Positions 54,112 to 64,000 of a stretch of 64,000 bases of DNA are shown one piece after another. Position 1 is the first letter of the stretch; each line of letters opens with the position of its first letter. The translations under genes were made by a program, and so were the position numbers. Below the pieces are notes generated by a model, which ran no database searches, was not told the DNA's origin, and saw only the letters and a program-made list of their open reading frames with translations. Origin of the DNA: an uncultured candidatus Brocadiaceae bacterium (GTDB lineage Bacteria; Planctomycetota; UBA1135; UBA2386); contig CAZIZN010000006.1 in the NCBI GenBank assembly GCA_964543795.1, positions 143,619 through 207,618 of the forward strand. Direction: 5' to 3'.

Positions 54112-55197
54112 ATGCAGACCCTCGCACGCATCGGTCCGATCCTCCTGCTCGCGCTGCCGGCCGCGGCGCAGAACCCCGCCATCGACCTGAACCTCTGGAC
54201 GGCCGAACACCTCAACGGCAGCGGCCCGTGGATCGTCGACCCTGCGCGACAGTGGGCCGAGTCGACGAACACCGTCAACACCGACTGCTCGGTCTTCTAC
54301 AGCGACTTCGACGTCACGCTGCTCGACTTCCGCATGACGATCGATCCTCTCGGCGGCGACGACGACCTGCCGGGCTTCGTACTCGGCTGGCAGCCCGGCG
54401 ACAGCAGCAATGCCACCGCGGACTACCTCGTCGTCGACTGGAAGCGCATCACGCAGGCCTACCAGAACTGGGGCACCGCGAACATCGGGCTCGCGATCTC
54501 GCGCATGACCGGCCCGTTCACGCGCGGCGTCGGCGGCGCGCCGATCGACCTGTGGTCGCACACGCTCAACTGCACCGAACTCGCCCGCGGCGCGACCCAC
54601 GGCGCGGTGGGCTGGAGCTTCGCGACCGACTACCACTTCCGCGTGCTCTACACGCAGAACAGCGTCGACATCTGGCTCAACGGCGCGCACGAGTTCAGCC
54701 TGCAGGGCACGTTCACGCCCGGCCGTTTCGGCTGCTACAACTACTCGCAGAGTCGCACGGGCTTCCAGTTCTCGCTGCCCGGTGCGTTCACGCTCTACGG
54801 TGCGGGTTGTGCCGGTTCGGCGGGCACGCCGTACCTGTTCGGGCCGGTGACACCCGTCGTCGGCGGCTACGTGCCGATCATCACCGCCAACCTGGCGCCC
54901 GCGACGGTCGCCTTCACGGCGATCGGTCTCTCGGACAGCAGCCTCGGCGCGACGCCGCTGCCGCTGGCCCTCGGCAGCTTCGGCGCGCCGGGCTGCACGC
55001 TCTACACGAGCGCCGAGTTGCTGCTGCCGGCGACGAACTGGAACGGCACGGCCTACGTGGCGCTGCAGCTGCCGCCGACCTTGCCGCCGACGCTGCTGCC
55101 GGTGTTCTTCGCGCAGACGCTCGTGTTCGATCCGGCGGCCAACCAGCTCGGGTTCGTGTTCTCGAACGCGGGGGCGATGACGATCGGCATCCGCTGA
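54112..55197 (+). CDS. secreted jelly-roll/LamG-like protein with the shared C-terminal domain
   Basis: The ATG at 54112 gives MQTLARIGPILLLALPAAAQ. N-terminal domain has GGDDDLPGFVLGWQ. C-terminus GAGCAGSAGTP...APGCTLYTS...SNAGAMTIGIR. Confidence 0.75.
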   Translation: MQTLARIGPILLLALPAAAQNPAIDLNLWTAEHLNGSGPWIVDPARQWAESTNTVNTDCSVFYSDFDVTLLDFRMTIDPLGGDDDLPGFVLGWQPGDSSNATADYLVVDWKRITQAYQNWGTANIGLAISRMTGPFTRGVGGAPIDLWSHTLNCTELARGATHGAVGWSFATDYHFRVLYTQNSVDIWLNGAHEFSLQGTFTPGRFGCYNYSQSRTGFQFSLPGAFTLYGAGCAGSAGTPYLFGPVTPVVGGYVPIITANLAPATVAFTAIGLSDSSLGATPLPLALGSFGAPGCTLYTSAELLLPATNWNGTAYVALQLPPTLPPTLLPVFFAQTLVFDPAANQLGFVFSNAGAMTIGIR

Positions 55198-55230
55198 GCC
55201 AGCCGGCGCCGGCCCTCGCGGTCCGCCCGC

Positions 55231-56424
55231 TCAACGGAGGAGGTTGCCGACCGGCGGGCTCACCTGCAGCGGCAGGCTCGTGCCCTGCACCCCCTTCCAC
55301 CACACCGGCAGGCCGCGCAGGCCGGGGTCGGCCGGGATCTGCCAGGTGCCCGACCCGGTGCCGGCCTGGTCCGTCAGCACGATGCCGAGGTGGAACGACG
55401 CGCTGCTCGCGAGCCACGACGGTTGCGCCAGCAGCGCGCCGTAGTCGACGGTGCCGAGCGCGAAGCCGACGAACACGGCGACGAAGCCGTTCGGAGCGCC
55501 GTCGAAGCGCACCGTGATCGGCGCGCCCACCTGTGCTGGCGCCAGGCGCTGCGCTGCGAGCAGCGGTCGAGGCGCCGCGAACGTCGCACACGGACCGACG
55601 GAGGAGACGAAGGTGCACTGGTCGAGCTCGGTCAGCAGTGGATCGGCTTCGACGGCACACCGCGGTGTCGTACCGGATTGCCATGCCGCGAACGAGCCGT
55701 TGCGGATCCAGACCCGCGTGCCCGCGGCCCGCAAGGCCGGCGCACTCGCATTGCCGGCGAACGACACGTGCGCGCCGTGGAACACGCCGCCGATGAGGCT
55801 CGCCCCGGCAGCGCCGTTCCCGGTGTTGAACACGTTGACCGCGGCGAACGAACAGCCGACCGCCGTGATGACGGAGTTCGTGGCGAACAGCGCGTCGGTC
55901 GGAAGCCCGAAGTTGGGAGAGTACGACGCGACGCTGCAGTCCTGCAGGTGCACGGTCGCGGCATCCACCGTGAGCGCTGGGTGGCGCTGCGAGCCGAAGT
56001 CGCAGTCGTCGAACGTCACGCGGCCGCTCAGGACCGCGACCCTCGAGATCGACTGGCTCGGGGTGTGCACCATGTCGGCACGGAACACGATGCCGACGAC
56101 GTGCGTCGTCGGCCCGGCCGCGGGCGGCGAGAACACCGTCAAGCCGTCCGTGAAGTAGCACGGCAGGCAGTTCGGGGTCACGAACGCAGGGTCCGACCCG
56201 ACCGAGACCGTGCCCGGCACCTGCGCCCGGATCGTCACGCCGACCGATGCGGTGAAGAAGGCGTAGGCACCCGGCGCCACCTCGATCACGTCACCGGGTG
56301 CGGCGACCGCGAGCGCGGAGCGGATCTGGGCATGACCACCGGGACCGACCAGGTGCACGGTCTGGGCGCTTGCCACAGCGGTGAACCATGGGACGATGCA
56401 AAGGGCGAGGAGGATCTTGCGCAT
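55231..56424 (-). CDS. secreted right-handed beta-helix-like protein with a divergent version of the shared C-terminal domain
   Basis: Signal peptide MRKILLALCIVPWFTAVASAQ. Repetitive short strands typical of pectate-lyase-like beta-helices (VTFDDCDF, VHLQDCSV, ITAVGCSF, VSFAGN). The C-terminus is only loosely similar to the others. Confidence 0.65.
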   Translation of the reverse strand: MRKILLALCIVPWFTAVASAQTVHLVGPGGHAQIRSALAVAAPGDVIEVAPGAYAFFTASVGVTIRAQVPGTVSVGSDPAFVTPNCLPCYFTDGLTVFSPPAAGPTTHVVGIVFRADMVHTPSQSISRVAVLSGRVTFDDCDFGSQRHPALTVDAATVHLQDCSVASYSPNFGLPTDALFATNSVITAVGCSFAAVNVFNTGNGAAGASLIGGVFHGAHVSFAGNASAPALRAAGTRVWIRNGSFAAWQSGTTPRCAVEADPLLTELDQCTFVSSVGPCATFAAPRPLLAAQRLAPAQVGAPITVRFDGAPNGFVAVFVGFALGTVDYGALLAQPSWLASSASFHLGIVLTDQAGTGSGTWQIPADPGLRGLPVWWKGVQGTSLPLQVSPPVGNLLR

Positions 56425-56663
56425 GCGATCTCGGTTGGGCCGAAGGACGGTGGCGACGGAAGCCTATCGCGCAACTCACATGCCGTGGTGGACAGATACC
56501 GCCACCCGCGGTGTCGGCTACCGCTCGAGCCAACGACGTGCCTATCCACGGAGCGTGTCCGATCCCGGGCCCATCCGGGCGCCGCCCGCCTCGTGGCGCA
56601 ACACCGACGGAGCCGGCGAGAATCCGGCGGGAAGCGGCGCCCGACCGCCGGCGCACGCGGCCG

Positions 56664-58037
56664 TCAGCGCGACCCGACCTGCACTTCGAGCGCGTTGCTG
56701 GTGATCAGCCCGGTCGGGTTGGCGCCTGCGTCCGGGGCGAATCCTTGGCCGAACAGCGACAGCCCGACGAGCGCGGCGTCGTTCGGGATCGACAGACCGA
56801 CCGAGGCCACGCCGCCGGTCACGGGCAGGAACTGCACGGCGTCGAGACCGACACGGAAGAAGCAGTTCGGCGCACCCGGAATCGGCGCCGGCAGCACGAC
56901 GGCGTTCCACAGCGTGTTCGAAAGCCCGAACGCGAACAGCGCAGCGTTCGTCGTCCCGAGTCCGGTCAGCTGCAGTTGCAGAGTCTGCCCGAGCCACGGC
57001 ATGCGCCCGCCATCGAGCGACAAGGCCGGCGTGCCCGCGGTGCCGGGGCAACCATCGCCGCCGATCCGCAGCGTGGCAGCGCCGGGCCGCACCAGTTCCC
57101 AGGTCTCGCTGCCGACGAGCAACATGCTGCCGCGCGCGAGGTCGTTGGCGAGATGCGCGCCGGTCCGGGTCGACACGCCGAACGCAGGCGGTGCCGCAGC
57201 AGCGACCCAGTTGGTGCCGGTCCACTCCTGGTAGTCCCCGAAGGTCAGCCAGAGCGGTCCGCTGCCGCGCGTATTGGCGCCGCCATAGGTGACTACGCGA
57301 CCTCGGGTGCCGTCGTAGGCCGTGGCGTGCAGCACCCGTGTCGACTGGGCGAAGGCGCCGATGTGCAGCCACTGCGCGCCGTCCCACTCGAAGAGGTCCG
57401 GGTTGGTGTAGCGCACCTGCAGCAGCGGATCGTGGACCTCGCCTCCGACCAGGACCACTCGTTGGCGCAGCCAGTCATACTCGCAGCGGGAATAGTCGAT
57501 GCGCCCCGGCGAGGCCGTCGTCGCCCGCAGCGTCCAGGCGCCGTTCCACTCCCAGGTCTGGTCGTTGCAGCGCACCACCGCGACGTTGCGGGTGCGGTCG
57601 AACGCCGCGGCGATCGTGGTGGTGGCCGGCGGCCGCGGCGCGCCGCTCGCCGGCGCGATCGACTGCCAGCTGACACCGCGGTACTCGTTCACGTAGCCGC
57701 CGTTGCTGCCTGGTCCTTCGCCGTCGAACGCGAGCAGACGCCGCTGCCCAGGGTCGTAGACGAGGGCCAGTTCGTGGTCGACGACTGCACCGGGATTGCC
57801 GGCCGTCGGGTTCTGCTGCCACAGGACGCCGTTCCACTCCCACGTCTGTGGGACGTTCCCCCCTCCGGGTGGCATCACGATGGCGACGGCCACGGCGCGG
57901 TGTTCGTCGTAGGCGGCGGCGACGACGTTGCCGGTGAACGGTGTCGCACGCAGGGTCCACTGCGCCGCCAGGTCCACGCTGCACAGCAGCGGCGCCGCGA
58001 TCGCGGGGAAGAACAGGCGCACGGATCTCGCAACCAT
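56664..58037 (-). CDS. secreted Kelch-type beta-propeller protein (~6 repeats) with the shared C-terminal domain
   Basis: Signal peptide ends SVDLAAQ. Repeats with TWEWNG / FEWDG / YQEWTG cores. C-terminus GDGCPGTAGTP...APNCFFRVG...SNALEVQVGSR. Confidence 0.8.
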   Translation of the reverse strand: MVARSVRLFFPAIAAPLLCSVDLAAQWTLRATPFTGNVVAAAYDEHRAVAVAIVMPPGGGNVPQTWEWNGVLWQQNPTAGNPGAVVDHELALVYDPGQRRLLAFDGEGPGSNGGYVNEYRGVSWQSIAPASGAPRPPATTTIAAAFDRTRNVAVVRCNDQTWEWNGAWTLRATTASPGRIDYSRCEYDWLRQRVVLVGGEVHDPLLQVRYTNPDLFEWDGAQWLHIGAFAQSTRVLHATAYDGTRGRVVTYGGANTRGSGPLWLTFGDYQEWTGTNWVAAAAPPAFGVSTRTGAHLANDLARGSMLLVGSETWELVRPGAATLRIGGDGCPGTAGTPALSLDGGRMPWLGQTLQLQLTGLGTTNAALFAFGLSNTLWNAVVLPAPIPGAPNCFFRVGLDAVQFLPVTGGVASVGLSIPNDAALVGLSLFGQGFAPDAGANPTGLITSNALEVQVGSR

Positions 58038-58164
58038 CGATCAGCCTCCGGGAGTCACTTGGCGAGCCGCAACCGGTCCGGCTCGGCGCCGTACGGTAGC
58101 GCGCCGTCGCCGACTGCGCACGCCCCCCCGACGGCCGGCTCGCCCGGGGGCGCGCGTCGCGTTC

Positions 58165-60228
<2,064 letters not shown>

Positions 60229-60356
60229 GGCGCTGGTGTACGCCGCGAGCGTCCTGCCGCACACCCTCCGTTGCGCCTTGGCGCGACCACGCTTACCGTG
60301 GTCCCCCCGGGCGTTCCCCGGCCAGCCCCCGCAGCCCCCTTCCAGGCACAGGCACC

Positions 60357-61676
60357 GTGTCCAGCCGCCGTCCCTCCACCTCCCGTTCCGCATCCAGTCC
60401 TGCCGGCCGCGCCGGCGCCAAAGCCGCTCCCAAGGTGCGCAGCGACGGCAAGGTCGACGTCAGCTGCCCGCAGTGCGGCACCCGCTACCGCGTGTCCGAG
60501 GAGAACCTCGACAGCAAGATCGAGTGCCAGGAGTGCCACCGCGTGTTCTTCGCCAAGACGACCGCCGGCAAGCGGGCGCGCACGCAGGACAACAGCAAGG
60601 TCTACATCGGCTTCGGCATCGGTGCCGCAGCACTGATCGGCATCTTCGTGCTGATGTCGCAGGGCGGCGACACGCCGCCGGCGAAGCCGCGGACGGTCGA
60701 GACGCCGAAGGTCGTGCACACGCTCGGCAACAACCCGCGCACCGACCAGCTCGTGAAGTGGGGCCAGGCGATCGGCAGCGGCAACCAGCTCGTGATCCAG
60801 CGCAACAGCGACATGGCCGCGCTGGGCAGGATGGTCGGCATCGAGTCCGGCGACGCGACGGCCGTGATCGCCGCGCTCGCGACGCACGACTCGACGCGCT
60901 ACCTGCGCGAACTCGAGTGCGCGAGCGGCACCCTCGCCGACGAGGCCTCGATGACCGCGAACGCCGGCAAGGGCGTATTGTTCGTGACGCCGAAGCCCGG
61001 CACCGACGACTACCTGACGAACACGCGCGGCGAGTTCGAGGTCGAGTTCCGCATGGAGGGCGACCAGGTTCGGGTCACCGGCTGGACGCTCAAGATGAAG
61101 CCGGCGCGCAACCCGAAGAAGCCGGATCCGAACAACGTCAGCTACGCGCCGAACAAGGACATCGCGAAGCCGGACGTGGTGCAGATCACCGACAGCGCCG
61201 GCACGCGAACGGTCAAGGAGTCCAAGCCCACGGCCGTGCCGCACTGGGACAAGGCGACGCCGGCGCAACAGAAGCTAGCCGACGAGGTCGTGGCCGACAT
61301 CCTGCGCAGCGCCGACCCCGAAGCCAAGGGCGGCCTGTTCACGCGCGCGACGCTGCGCGTGCAGGAACTCGACGACCGCAAGGCGGTCGTGCCGCGCGTG
61401 CTCAACGCGATGTACGAGCTCTACGGCGACGTCAACGCCAACAACATGAAGCTGAGCCAGCTCAACCGCGCGCTCGTGACCTTCACCGGCTACGCCGTGA
61501 ACTACCAGGTCGAGGACACCGGCGACGCCGCGAAGGACAAGGCGGCGCGCGAGTCGTGCGTGCGCCAGTGGTTCGCGTTCTGGTGGCGCTACAGCAGCGG
61601 CGACCTCAGCGAGTTCCTCGACCTCGGCGACGACCTCGACAAGCCGAAGGACCCGAACCAGGGCACGGGCAAGTAA
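60357..61676 (+). CDS. membrane protein with an N-terminal MJ0042-type zinc ribbon
   Basis: GTG start. CPQCGTRYRV...IECQECHRVF zinc ribbon, one TM (IGFGIGAAALIGIFVLM), and a ~330-aa unassigned extracytoplasmic domain. Confidence 0.7.
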   Translation: MSSRRPSTSRSASSPAGRAGAKAAPKVRSDGKVDVSCPQCGTRYRVSEENLDSKIECQECHRVFFAKTTAGKRARTQDNSKVYIGFGIGAAALIGIFVLMSQGGDTPPAKPRTVETPKVVHTLGNNPRTDQLVKWGQAIGSGNQLVIQRNSDMAALGRMVGIESGDATAVIAALATHDSTRYLRELECASGTLADEASMTANAGKGVLFVTPKPGTDDYLTNTRGEFEVEFRMEGDQVRVTGWTLKMKPARNPKKPDPNNVSYAPNKDIAKPDVVQITDSAGTRTVKESKPTAVPHWDKATPAQQKLADEVVADILRSADPEAKGGLFTRATLRVQELDDRKAVVPRVLNAMYELYGDVNANNMKLSQLNRALVTFTGYAVNYQVEDTGDAAKDKAARESCVRQWFAFWWRYSSGDLSEFLDLGDDLDKPKDPNQGTGK

Positions 61677-61739
61677 CCTGCCCGTGCCTGCCCACCCCGT
61701 CTCTCCCGACCAGACCGGACGCCCCACCCCCGCACGACC

Positions 61740-62918
61740 ATGACCTTCCTCCCCGTCACCTGCGACAACTGCGGCGCCAAGTACAAGCTGCCGGAGTCGT
61801 TCACCGGTTCCCAGGCCAAGTGCCAGAAGTGCGGCAGCGTGATCGACGTGCAGAAGCAGCGCGCGGCCCACGGCGGCGCGGCGGCCACACCCGCGGCGGC
61901 GAAGCCGGCAGCGGCGGCGCGGCCCGCGGTCGATCGCAGCAAGGCCGCAGCGCCGGCGGGCAGACCCGCCGAGCGGTCCGAGCGTCCGGCCCGCGCGGGG
62001 CGCGGCAAGGCGGCGGCCAAGGGCGACGACGGCGGCGAAGCGACCCCGCGCGGCAAGCGCGAGCGCGGCGAAGCGAAGAAGAACAATCCGATGCCGCTCG
62101 TGATCGGCGGCGTGAGCCTCGTCGCGATCGTCGTCGTGGTCGTGGTGATGATGCAGGGCGGCACGCCTCCCGCCGAGAAACCGGACACGGCCAACCGCGC
62201 AGCCGCCGACGCGCCTGCCGAGAAGCCTGCCGAGAAGCCGGCGGAGAAGCCCATCGAGAAACCGGCCGAGCAGCCCGCGGCCCCGACGAACGATGCGCCG
62301 GCCGCCGCGGCGGCCAGCGATGCGGCCGCCAAGCCGGCGGAGAATCCCGCCGAGCAGCCCGCGGCGCCGGCAGCCCAGCCCGCCGAAGCGAGCGTACCGA
62401 TGCCCGACGTGCAGCCGGGCCAGGTCGCCCGGCCCTGGCAGAAGATGCGCAACCCGCCCCAATCGATGGACCAGGTCACCGACCCGAAGTCTTACGCCGA
62501 AGTGACCTGGCCGGAGTCGATCGCCGAAGGCCAGCGCACGGAGGTGCGCGGTCTCGTCGAGGACGTCGCCAACGGCGGTCGCGCCGGCATCCGCGCCAAA
62601 CCCAAGCTCCTCGAAGAAGGCGTGCGCTACGCGGCGATGTTCGGCATCGTCGAGAAGCTGCGTACGCTCGACTACCGCTCGACCGAGGCCTCCCAGCTCG
62701 CGTTCGAGTACAACAAGCTGCTCGAGGAGATCACGGCCGGCCTCAATGCGAGGTTCGAGCCCGTCGAGGCGACCGAGGACATCCACCCGGCCAAGGCCGA
62801 GTGGAACACCCGCACGGTGAACGGCTGGATCGGTCTGATCGGCAAGTACGCCGACGAAGACGTCTTCAAGAAGGAGCGCGCCGAGCGCGTCAAGAAGGCC
62901 GCGGGCGACGCGAAGTAG
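61740..62918 (+). CDS. membrane protein with an N-terminal MJ0042-type zinc ribbon (second copy of the architecture)
   Basis: CDNCGAKYKL...AKCQKCGSVI zinc ribbon, TM (LVIGGVSLVAIVVVVVVMM), a PAEKP-type low-complexity repeat (APAEKPAEKPAEKPIEKPAEQP), and a C-terminal globular part. Confidence 0.7.
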   Translation: MTFLPVTCDNCGAKYKLPESFTGSQAKCQKCGSVIDVQKQRAAHGGAAATPAAAKPAAAARPAVDRSKAAAPAGRPAERSERPARAGRGKAAAKGDDGGEATPRGKRERGEAKKNNPMPLVIGGVSLVAIVVVVVVMMQGGTPPAEKPDTANRAAADAPAEKPAEKPAEKPIEKPAEQPAAPTNDAPAAAAASDAAAKPAENPAEQPAAPAAQPAEASVPMPDVQPGQVARPWQKMRNPPQSMDQVTDPKSYAEVTWPESIAEGQRTEVRGLVEDVANGGRAGIRAKPKLLEEGVRYAAMFGIVEKLRTLDYRSTEASQLAFEYNKLLEEITAGLNARFEPVEATEDIHPAKAEWNTRTVNGWIGLIGKYADEDVFKKERAERVKKAAGDAK

Positions 62919-62927
62919 CCGGCCAGC

Positions 62928-63011
62928 CTGCGCGCGGGGCGGTTCCCCCGCTGCGCGCGGGGCGGTTCCTCCGCTGCGCGCGGGGCGGTTCCTCCGCTGC
63001 GCGCGGGGCGG
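62928..63011. repeat. 23-bp tandem repeat, about 3.6 copies
   Basis: The unit CTGCGCGCGGGGCGGTTCC(C/T)CCG occurs at 62928, 62951 and 62974, with a partial copy at 62997. It lies between the stop at 62918 and the hslU ATG at 63036. Confidence 0.85.
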
Positions 63012-63035
63012 GCTCGCTATGCTGCTCGCCCTCGC

Positions 63036-64000
63036 ATGACCGACCTCGGCACGGATCTCACTCCCCGCGAAATCGTCCGCCGGCTCGACGACTACATCGT
63101 CGGCCAGCAGAAGGCCAAACGCGCCGTCGCCGTGGCGCTGCGCAACCGCTGGCGGCGCCGGCAGCTGCCGACCGACGTCGCGGCGGACGTCTACCCCAAG
63201 AACATCCTGCTGATCGGTCCGACCGGCGTCGGCAAGACGGAGATCGCGCGCCGCCTCGCGACGCTGGCGCGCGCGCCGTTCGTCAAGGTCGAGGCGACCA
63301 AGTACAGCGAGGTCGGTTACCACGGCCGCGACGTGGAATCGATGGTGCGCGACCTCGTCGACGCCGCCGTCGCACTCGTGCGCAGCGAGAAGGTGCACGA
63401 AGTCGAGCAGCGCGCCGCGGCGGCGGCCGAAGAACGGCTGTTCGCCGCCCTGACCGACGAACTGGGTCTCGACGAGTACCACGACGCCGCACCGCTGAGC
63501 GGCTCGATGGAGGCCGGCCTCTGGCGACCGCACCACAAGCCTCCGGCCGAAGCGCTCGCCGAACCCGACCTCGCCGCGCGCGAGCAGGCCCGTGTGCGCC
63601 TGCGCGACGATCTGCGCGCCGGCCGGCTCGAGACGCGCCCGGTGGAGATCGAACTGCGCGACACGCGCACGCCGACGCTCAGCGTCATGGGTCCGCAGGG
63701 CAACGAGACGATGGGCATCGACGCCCAGGCGCTGCAGGAGATGTGGGGCCGTTCGCCGCAGAAGCGCACCAAGATGCGCAAGCTCACGGTCGCCGAAGCA
63801 CGCAAACTCCTGCACGACGAGGAGGCGGACAAGCTGCTCGACCAGGACGCGATCGTCGGCGAGGCGCTCGACCGCGCGCAGAACGACGGCATCGTCTTCG
63901 TCGACGAGATCGACAAGATCGTCAGCAGCGGCGGCGCCGGCGGCGCGGACGTCTCGCGCGAGGGCGTGCAGCGCGACCTGCTCTCGGTGGTCGAGGGCTG
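63036..64000 (+). CDS. hslU: ATP-dependent protease ATPase subunit HslU, N-terminal part (runs off the right edge)
   Basis: Own translation gives MTDLGTDLTPREIVRRLDDYIVGQQKAKRAVAVALRNRWRR, NILLIGPTGVGKTEIARRLA and GIVFVDEIDKI. It is absent from the ORF track because it is open-ended. Confidence 0.9.
   Translation, partial: MTDLGTDLTPREIVRRLDDYIVGQQKAKRAVAVALRNRWRRRQLPTDVAADVYPKNILLIGPTGVGKTEIARRLATLARAPFVKVEATKYSEVGYHGRDVESMVRDLVDAAVALVRSEKVHEVEQRAAAAAEERLFAALTDELGLDEYHDAAPLSGSMEAGLWRPHHKPPAEALAEPDLAAREQARVRLRDDLRAGRLETRPVEIELRDTRTPTLSVMGPQGNETMGIDAQALQEMWGRSPQKRTKMRKLTVAEARKLLHDEEADKLLDQDAIVGEALDRAQNDGIVFVDEIDKIVSSGGAGGADVSREGVQRDLLSVVEG

Noticed and set aside
55202-55213. 12-nt perfect palindrome GCCGGCGCCGGC between convergent genes, as a terminator.
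   Set aside because: It has no loop and is too short to form a stable hairpin. Such GC palindromes are frequent by chance in this composition.
62928-63011. Possible CRISPR array (regularly spaced GC-rich repeat).
   Set aside because: The units are directly adjacent with no spacers, only 23 bp long and about 3.6 copies. No cas genes are nearby. It is a simple tandem repeat.

Overview
This is 64 kb of a very GC-rich bacterial chromosome. I saw no rRNA, tRNA or CRISPR array. The gene content suggests a Planctomycetota/PVC-like organism (inference): a DUF1592/DUF1552 pair, three ECF-type sigma factors, and many large secreted proteins whose signal peptides end in AQ. I can support about 52 protein genes. 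Most of the very long ORFs in the supplied track are antisense or out-of-frame artefacts of the high GC. Many real genes start at internal ATG/GTG codons, and the track renders GTG/TTG starts as M. Nine gene junctions are 4-nt ATGA/GTGA overlaps, which helps define operons.

Layout:
- 0.5-11.2 kb: peptidoglycan/MurNAc salvage cluster. It holds a GH3 NagZ-like enzyme fused to a beta-lactamase-fold AmiE-like domain, nagB, an SMP-30-like protein, an HGSNAT-like acyltransferase, murQ, an SSS transporter and two DUF1343/NamZ paralogs.
- 11.2-15.1 kb: esterase plus the DUF1592/DUF1552 pair.
- 15.1-23.5 kb: secreted-protein genes (tandem LamG paralogs, a 772-aa unknown, a trypsin-like protease) around recQ.
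- 23.5-32.1 kb: YkgJ-SGNH-Ser/Thr kinase operon, a single-ring Clp-like AAA+ ATPase, a CNNM/TlyC protein, a second SGNH hydrolase, uvrC.
- 32.3-35.9 kb: two more secreted proteins.
- 36-41.1 kb: tolC-macA-ABC ATPase-permease operon.
- 41.3-44 kb: ilvE and two unknowns.
- 44.1-51.7 kb: a more AT-rich mosaic region. It has an IS21-family remnant inserted into an SGNH paralog, then a sigma factor / 12-Cys small secreted protein / membrane protein / MauE-like cluster, then an ECF sigma / anti-sigma / secretin-like operon.
- 51.7-58 kb: four more secreted proteins.
- 58.2-64 kb: uvrB, two zinc-ribbon membrane proteins, a 23-bp tandem repeat, hslU.

Main hunt results:
1. Ten signal-peptide proteins with unrelated N-terminal domains end in the same ~120-135 aa C-terminal domain with a conserved cysteine pair. 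I cannot assign it to a named family. It is a candidate sorting or anchoring module.
2. A 12-cysteine secreted protein sits in a cluster with a MauE-like (CGCFG) membrane protein and its own sigma factor.
3. A 45-nt repeat with an AT-rich head occurs four times. Two copies form a 190-bp inverted structure between convergent genes. One copy contains the ilvE stop codon, and one overlaps the start of the protease gene.
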